Shown here: positions 58,153 to 64,000 of the stretch, one piece after another | Numbering within the stretch: the stretch's first letter is position 1 | Layout of the letters: each line of letters starts with the position of its first letter | NCBI GenBank assembly: GCA_947053925.1 | Contig: CAMRUG010000001.1 | Span: 68,768-132,767, forward strand | Direction of reading: 5' to 3' | Length of the DNA stretch: 64,000 nt | From: an uncultured Clostridia bacterium | GTDB lineage: Bacteria; Bacillota; Clostridia; Christensenellales; CAG-314 | Translations under genes and position numbers: made by a program | The notes under the pieces: generated by a model | The model's database searches: none | The model's input: the letters and a program-made list of their open reading frames with translations, nothing else | Told to the model about the DNA's origin: nothing

Positions 58153-60846
58153 ATGAAAAATAAAATCAAAATTACGTTAGCAATAACGCTTGCGTTAATG
58201 ATGGTTGCATTAAACGTAATGCTTATTGCCTGTGATGACGATAAGACATATTATAATAACGAAACAGACAACGTTGTATTTGCAACACAGCCTGCGGACG
58301 GCGTTTTTAACCCGTTCTTCTCTACTTCGGCAGTTGACGGAAGTATGGTAGGGCTTACGCAAATAGGAATGTTGGGAAATGACAAGGACGGCAACGAGGC
58401 ATACGGTCCTAACGAAGCGGTGGTAACACTCGACTACGAAGAAGTACTCGAAGGTCCTGCGATCAATCCGACTTATACTACATATAAATTCGTTTTGAAA
58501 AACAACGTTAAATTTTCTAACGGTTCACCGCTTACTATCAAAGACGTTTTGTTTAACTTGTATGTTTATCTCGATACGATGTATACAGGTTCGTCTACGA
58601 TTTATTCGACGGATATAGTGGGGCTCAAAGCATACCGCACCCAAACCCGTACGGAAAGCGAGCAAGATGCGTTTATGAAAAAGTTTGAGCAAAACGCAAC
58701 AACGCGTAAAAACAACCTTTTAAACGCGTGGGACGATATTGTCGTAAATATAGACGAAAATGCGAAGGAAGATATTGATCTTTTAAGAACGGCATTACAG
58801 CAATACAAACAAGATAACACCGGTTTCGATTATATCGTCGATGACTTTGAAAAAGCTGTTGAACTTTTCAGAGAAGAATTGCAAAATGACTTTAACAATG
58901 CTCGCGGTACTTACGAAGATATCGACTTTAAAGATAAAGAAGGTAATCTTTACAAAAATTTGCTTAAATCTGATAACGAAGCGTTTCTATATAACGAGAA
59001 CGAAATCAAGTGGAACAGACAGACGGGTAAATTAGAAAGCAGTTTGACGACAGGCGACGATTTTACAACCATAAGAGAAATGTCCGAAGCGGAAGTTATC
59101 GATTATGTTTTCAACCGCCATATGCCTGCCAATCTCGATCAGGTATTAGACGGATGGGCTACAAGCGCAACATTCAGAGAATATTTGGTAAACGACGAAC
59201 TTTCAAGATACAATGCTAACAATCCTACTGCAGTACCTAATATCGAAGGAATAAAGTTTGCAAACTTCGATGAGGCTTGCGAAGTAAACGGCATTTCTTA
59301 CGGAGTACCCGAGTATAACCAAGACGGCTCGGTAAAAGACGGTTATAACGAAGTTTTGACAATCAAAATCAACGGCGTTGACCCCAAAGCAAAATGGAAT
59401 TTCAGTTTCGGCGTTGCTCCGATGTATTATTATTCGGACAAAAGTCATATAGACGCTTTCAATTATGCCGAAAACCGTTTCGGAGTAGAACGCGGTAACA
59501 GCGACTTTATGCAAAACGTTATTAAAGACCCCGAAAAAATCGGTGTTCCCGTAGGCGCGGGTCCGTATGCGGCAAGTAAAGCCAGCGGCGGTATTACAAA
59601 CATAAAAGGCAGCGATTTCCGCCCTCAAAGTCAAGGCGTAATCTATTTTGAAAGGAATCCCTATTTCGTTATGGGACCTGCCAAAATCAAAACTATCCGT
59701 TATTCGGAAATCGATTCTAAAAACCAACTCAATTCTTTGTATAACGGTTCGATAGATTTTGCCGAACCCAATGCTAAAAAGGAAACGGAAGACGAACTTA
59801 AAGGCAAAAAGAAAGACGGTATCGGATACGATACGGTAGATACAATGGGTTACGGTTATATAGGTATTAACGCAAGTAAAGTACCGTCGTTAAACGTAAG
59901 ACAGGCTATTATGCACAGTATCGACACGCTTGAAATCGTCAATTACTACAAAGGTACGGCAGAAGAGATATACCGTTCTATGTCTAAGTCCAGTTGGGCT
60001 TATCCAAGCAATGCAATAGCGTACTATCCTTATATCGGCGGACCTATTCCCACTCAGTTAGGGGACGCAAACGGCAATATCAAGAGCGACAGCGAACTGC
60101 TGGATCCTATTGACGAACAGCTTATCGTCAATCCCGATTATATCGATTTCGTGCGCGAAAAGGGCAAAAAGGCAGGCGAGCGTTTTAGCAACGAAGAACA
60201 AATCGAGTTTTTGCAAAGTATAATAGAAGCCGACGGATATCTGTATGATTCTAACCGCGGATATTACTACAAAGGTCAAAACAAGTGCGAATACGAATTT
60301 GCTATTGCAGGTAACGACCCCGACCACCCTGCGTACAGCGCAATGTTGGCGGCAGGTCAACTGTTGGAAAAAGTCGGAATGAAAATAACCGTCAGACCGC
60401 GCAGCGACGCGTTGACGCAACTGGCAAGCGGCGGACTTACGGTTTGGGCAGCGGCGTGGGGTTCTACTATCGACCCCGATATGTATCAGGTATATCACAA
60501 AGATTCCACGGCAACTTCTACGTTAAACTGGGGTTACAGAGCAATCAAAGCCAATGCAGGCGGAAGATATAGTCGTGAACTTGCAATGGTAAACACATTG
60601 TCCCAATGGATAGAGGAAGGAAGAGAAACCCTCGATCAACCTGAGCGTGAAAGAACTTATCACAAGTGTTTAAACGAAGTTATGCGTTTAGCTGTAGAAT
60701 TGCCCACATACCAAAGACAAGACCTTTATGCTTATAACTTCAACAAGATAGACGAAAGTACGTTTACTCCCGAAGGAGACCGTTCGGCGTTTAAAGGTAT
60801 TATCAGCGAAATGTACATATTGTCAATGGTGGTTAAAGACCGCTAA
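58153..60846 (+). CDS. Large OppA-like (SBP family 5) substrate-binding lipoprotein
   Basis: Lipobox LIAC; DGVFNPFF, LKNNVKFSNGSPLTIKDVLF, PVGAGPY, VRQAIM motifs; 897 aa. Confidence 0.88.
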   Translation: MKNKIKITLAITLALMMVALNVMLIACDDDKTYYNNETDNVVFATQPADGVFNPFFSTSAVDGSMVGLTQIGMLGNDKDGNEAYGPNEAVVTLDYEEVLEGPAINPTYTTYKFVLKNNVKFSNGSPLTIKDVLFNLYVYLDTMYTGSSTIYSTDIVGLKAYRTQTRTESEQDAFMKKFEQNATTRKNNLLNAWDDIVVNIDENAKEDIDLLRTALQQYKQDNTGFDYIVDDFEKAVELFREELQNDFNNARGTYEDIDFKDKEGNLYKNLLKSDNEAFLYNENEIKWNRQTGKLESSLTTGDDFTTIREMSEAEVIDYVFNRHMPANLDQVLDGWATSATFREYLVNDELSRYNANNPTAVPNIEGIKFANFDEACEVNGISYGVPEYNQDGSVKDGYNEVLTIKINGVDPKAKWNFSFGVAPMYYYSDKSHIDAFNYAENRFGVERGNSDFMQNVIKDPEKIGVPVGAGPYAASKASGGITNIKGSDFRPQSQGVIYFERNPYFVMGPAKIKTIRYSEIDSKNQLNSLYNGSIDFAEPNAKKETEDELKGKKKDGIGYDTVDTMGYGYIGINASKVPSLNVRQAIMHSIDTLEIVNYYKGTAEEIYRSMSKSSWAYPSNAIAYYPYIGGPIPTQLGDANGNIKSDSELLDPIDEQLIVNPDYIDFVREKGKKAGERFSNEEQIEFLQSIIEADGYLYDSNRGYYYKGQNKCEYEFAIAGNDPDHPAYSAMLAAGQLLEKVGMKITVRPRSDALTQLASGGLTVWAAAWGSTIDPDMYQVYHKDSTATSTLNWGYRAIKANAGGRYSRELAMVNTLSQWIEEGRETLDQPERERTYHKCLNEVMRLAVELPTYQRQDLYAYNFNKIDESTFTPEGDRSAFKGIISEMYILSMVVKDR

Positions 60847-60865
60847 TTAAAAATTTAAAAAAGGC

Positions 60866-60894
60866 GTTCCGACTTGTTTACGGCAAGTCGGAAC
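60866..60894 (+). other. Intercistronic hairpin after the oppA-like gene
   Basis: GTTCCGACTTG-tttacgg-CAAGTCGGAAC with no T tail; likely mRNA stabiliser or partial terminator. Confidence 0.55.
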
Positions 60895-60906
60895 AAGTAA
60901 TAAATA

Positions 60907-62406
60907 ATGGTTAAGTATATTATCAAAAGAATACTGTTATCAATATTGATATTGTTCGGCGTATCGGTAATCATCTATACGATGGTACGTCTTATGCCCA
61001 ACGACTATATCGATCACAAGTATCAAGCGCAAATAAGTCAAGGCACGCTTACTCAGGACGACTTGGACAACTTTAAAGCGTTGTACGGGTTGTATACTCC
61101 CGAAGCGCGCTTGCACTTGACTGTGGATAACGAAAACGGCACATTCGACCGCGATGTGCGTAAGGTTGTTTTTGACGAAATTGTTAAAATTTCTAACGAA
61201 GTTGAAGATTACGACATTACTTCCGACGGCATAGGTCTGTATCGGAACAAAACTTCGAGGACGGAAGAAAGTATAGGCGACGGACTTAAACGCGTAACCG
61301 AAAAACGTATGGAGTTGACGGGAAACCGCGACGACGCGACGTTGTTCGAGTATCATTATTATTTGTCTGTGTTTGAAGATCACAAAGAAAAGAAAGAGGT
61401 TGAAGATAACTTCGGCAACGTTACAGAACAAGAAGTAGTAATTACTAAGGAAACGCAAACTACAATTTCGAAGGGAACATATTCGTTTAAATGCAGCGGC
61501 GGAGTATTTGCTTTCACTTTTAACAAGACGTCGGGTACGGGCAACGCGCCTGCCGTAAGCAATATTACTTACGTAAAAACGTCTTTCGGCGAAAAACTGG
61601 GCACTATCCTTTCGGGATACTTTACATGGCTGGGTAACCTTATCAAAGGAGATTTGGGCGTATCGTTTAAATACGAAAAACCCGTCGGACAAGTTATCAG
61701 CGAAAATATGTGGGTATCGTTTGCTATAGCGATTGTTGCGACTATTTTGCAATTTTTGATTGCTATTCCTTTGGGAATTTCCAGCGCAACGCATCAATAT
61801 TCCGCAAGAGATTACATAGTTACGATTTTTACAATGATAGGCATATCGTTGCCGACATATTTCTTTGCGGCTATAGTAATCAAATTATTTGCAGTAGATT
61901 TAGGTTGGTTGCCTTCAACCGGACTCATAAACCCCGGCGCAGTTTACCCCGATACTTTTGCGGGCTTTATGAAAAAACTGGGCGATATGTCGGTACACTT
62001 GATTTTGCCCATATTCGTCAGCGTAATTCTGTCTCTCGGCGGGCTTATGCGTTATACGCGTACAAACACTTTGGAAGTGTTATCCGCAGATTATATAAGG
62101 ACAGCGCGCGCTAAGGGTCTTTCGGAAAAGACGGTTATTTATAAGCACGCATTCAGAAATACTTTAATTCCTCTTGCCACTTTGCTTGCAGGAATACTCC
62201 CCGGATTATTCGGAGGAATGATGATTACCGAACAGGTATTCGGTATACCGGGTATCGGTAACCTTGCATACAAAGCGCTGACGGAAGGCGACATACCGTT
62301 TGTTATGGGATACAATATGTTCCTTGCAATACTGACGGTTATAGGTACTTTGCTTTCGGATATTATGTATTCGATTGTCGATCCGCGGGTTAAACTCGGA
62401 AGGTAA
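60907..62406 (+). CDS. oppB: OppB-like ABC permease with large extracellular insertion
   Basis: YIIKRIL, GDLGVSF, DYIRTARAKGL, ITEQVFGIPGIG, VDPRV. Confidence 0.88.
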   Translation: MVKYIIKRILLSILILFGVSVIIYTMVRLMPNDYIDHKYQAQISQGTLTQDDLDNFKALYGLYTPEARLHLTVDNENGTFDRDVRKVVFDEIVKISNEVEDYDITSDGIGLYRNKTSRTEESIGDGLKRVTEKRMELTGNRDDATLFEYHYYLSVFEDHKEKKEVEDNFGNVTEQEVVITKETQTTISKGTYSFKCSGGVFAFTFNKTSGTGNAPAVSNITYVKTSFGEKLGTILSGYFTWLGNLIKGDLGVSFKYEKPVGQVISENMWVSFAIAIVATILQFLIAIPLGISSATHQYSARDYIVTIFTMIGISLPTYFFAAIVIKLFAVDLGWLPSTGLINPGAVYPDTFAGFMKKLGDMSVHLILPIFVSVILSLGGLMRYTRTNTLEVLSADYIRTARAKGLSEKTVIYKHAFRNTLIPLATLLAGILPGLFGGMMITEQVFGIPGIGNLAYKALTEGDIPFVMGYNMFLAILTVIGTLLSDIMYSIVDPRVKLGR

Positions 62407-62414
62407 GGTTGCGT

Positions 62415-63575
62415 ATGAAGAAAAAAGAAATAAAAACAGAATACGCTTCTTGCGAAAATTTGACGGCGGAAGTAGAAAAGGTTGTTGAAGAAACAGAGCA
62501 AGTTTTAGTTTCCGAACAGACGGAAAACGAAGAAGTAACAACCGAAAACGGCGGCGCGGCGGTGCAAACGGCGCCTATGCTAGAAACATATCAGGAAATG
62601 AGTCCCGCTCGTTTGGTTGCCCGCAGATTTTTCCGTTCCAAGTTGTCTATTGTAGGACTTGTTATGGTTGTATTTTTGTTCCTGTTTTCGTTTTTAGGTC
62701 CCGTTGTTTATACCAAATGGGAGGAAGACGTGCCCGACAGGCGCGAAGTAGGCAACGAAATTATCAGCGAAACGTATAACGAATACACAGTAAAAGGCGA
62801 AGACGGAGAGAACATAATTATTACCGAAGTGCTTACCGTTAAAGAGCGTCTTAACAAATTTGCAAGTCCGAGTCTGGAACACTTGCTCGGCACTGACGAT
62901 CAGGGTATGGACGTGTTTGTCCGTCTTATGTACGGCGGTCGCATATCGTTGACTATCGGTTTTATCGTAGTAATTCTGGAAACTTTAATCGGCGTGTTGC
63001 TCGGCGGTTTGGCGGGGTATTTCGGCGGTTGGGTAGACCAAATAATTATGCGTATAGTAGACATATTCAACTGTATACCTACGTTGCCTATTTTACTTAT
63101 TGCTTCGGCTTTAATCGAATCGTGGAACGTAAGCGCAGACCAACGTATTTATTTGTTGATGGTAATAATCACCGTATTCAGTTGGAGCGGAGTAGCGCGT
63201 TTGGTTCGCGGACAGATTTTGTCTTTGCGCGAACAAGAGTATATTACGGCAACCGAAGTAATGGGTCTGCCCACTTGGCGCAAAATATTTGTGCATTTAA
63301 TTCCCAACGTAATGCCGCAACTTATCGTATCTATGACTTTGGGACTAGGAAGCGTAATACTGTACGAATCCACATTGAGTTACTTGGGTTTGGGCGTACA
63401 ACTGCCTAAGGCGGCGTGGGGTACTATGATAGCGTTGTCTAACGATCCGCAAGTACTTAAATACCACGTCAATGTATGGCTTCCCGCAGGTATTCTTATC
63501 GTTATAGCAGTTTTGGGCTTCAATTTTATCGGCGACGGTTTGCGCGACGCTATGGACCCCAAGGCGAAGAAATAG
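62415..63575 (+). CDS. oppC: OppC-like ABC permease
   Basis: HLLGTDDQGMDV...YGGRISL, REQEYITA, HLIPN, GDGLRDAMDP. Confidence 0.9.
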   Translation: MKKKEIKTEYASCENLTAEVEKVVEETEQVLVSEQTENEEVTTENGGAAVQTAPMLETYQEMSPARLVARRFFRSKLSIVGLVMVVFLFLFSFLGPVVYTKWEEDVPDRREVGNEIISETYNEYTVKGEDGENIIITEVLTVKERLNKFASPSLEHLLGTDDQGMDVFVRLMYGGRISLTIGFIVVILETLIGVLLGGLAGYFGGWVDQIIMRIVDIFNCIPTLPILLIASALIESWNVSADQRIYLLMVIITVFSWSGVARLVRGQILSLREQEYITATEVMGLPTWRKIFVHLIPNVMPQLIVSMTLGLGSVILYESTLSYLGLGVQLPKAAWGTMIALSNDPQVLKYHVNVWLPAGILIVIAVLGFNFIGDGLRDAMDPKAKK

Positions 63576-63594
63576 AAGGTAAACTATTTACAAA

Positions 63595-64000
63595 ATGAAA
63601 AAGAAAAACAACAATTATATTTCAATAAAAGACAGCCGCAAGATAATCAAAGAGAATATCAAGCAGATGAGACATTACGAAGCGTTAAAACGCCGTAAAA
63701 AAGAACCTGCCGAGTATACTTCTGTAATGCGCGACAAAAACAATATTATCGAAATAGACAATCTCAAAACGGTATTCTTTACCGATAACGGAACGGTTAT
63801 GTCCGTAAACGGCGTATCGTTTGCCATTCCGCAAAAGAAGATTGTCGGTGTAGTAGGCGAATCGGGTTGCGGCAAAAGCGTAACTTCGCTATCTATTATG
63901 CAATTGGTGCAATCTCCGCAAGGACAGGTAATCGAGGGAGAAATCAGATACAATTCCGACGACTTGGGAGAAAACGAAAACGGCGAAAAACTTGCTTACA
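63595..64000 (+). CDS. oppD: OppD-like ABC ATP-binding protein (truncated by the window end)
   Basis: Read manually: IIEIDNLKTVFFTDNGTVMSVNGVSF...VGVVGESGCGKSVTSLSIM. Confidence 0.88.
   Translation, partial: MKKKNNNYISIKDSRKIIKENIKQMRHYEALKRRKKEPAEYTSVMRDKNNIIEIDNLKTVFFTDNGTVMSVNGVSFAIPQKKIVGVVGESGCGKSVTSLSIMQLVQSPQGQVIEGEIRYNSDDLGENENGEKLAY

Noticed and set aside
60940-61797. 285-aa minus-strand ORF and the many other antisense or alternate-frame ORFs inside long genes
   Set aside because: Fully overlap well-supported genes, lack RBS and motifs, and are expected codon-bias shadows

Overview
64 kb of chromosomal DNA from a low-GC, spore-forming Clostridia-like bacterium (taxonomy inferred from gene content). 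It is mostly housekeeping and transport: lepB, a gerA-type germinant receptor operon, M18 aminopeptidase, pgm, several ABC systems, nagA, rpmE, mntP with a Ca2+/cation antiporter, tRNA-Ser(TGA), murC, a hybrid histidine kinase, recF divergent from gyrB-gyrA-argS, queH, metG-tatD-radical SAM, spmAB, two nrnA-like DHH genes with surE, and an Opp-type operon cut by the window end. I saw no CRISPR, cas, intact transposase or prophage. The most interesting signals are non-coding or too small for the ORF track: (1) a Phe/Tyr-rich leader peptide with an attenuator in front of an aromatic-amino-acid-type ABC importer; (2) two yybP-ykoY (Mn2+) riboswitch candidates, one unexpectedly before an SPFH/prohibitin gene; (3) an XRE switch with twin operators driving two paralogous C-x2-C-x21-C-x12-C microproteins; (4) an unannotated 48-aa protein with four CxxC motifs; (5) a bmrB-like leader before a heterodimeric ABC exporter; (6) several probable leaderless genes; (7) repeat families built on tandem G.A hairpins. 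All calls come from reading the sequence by eye; no searches were run.
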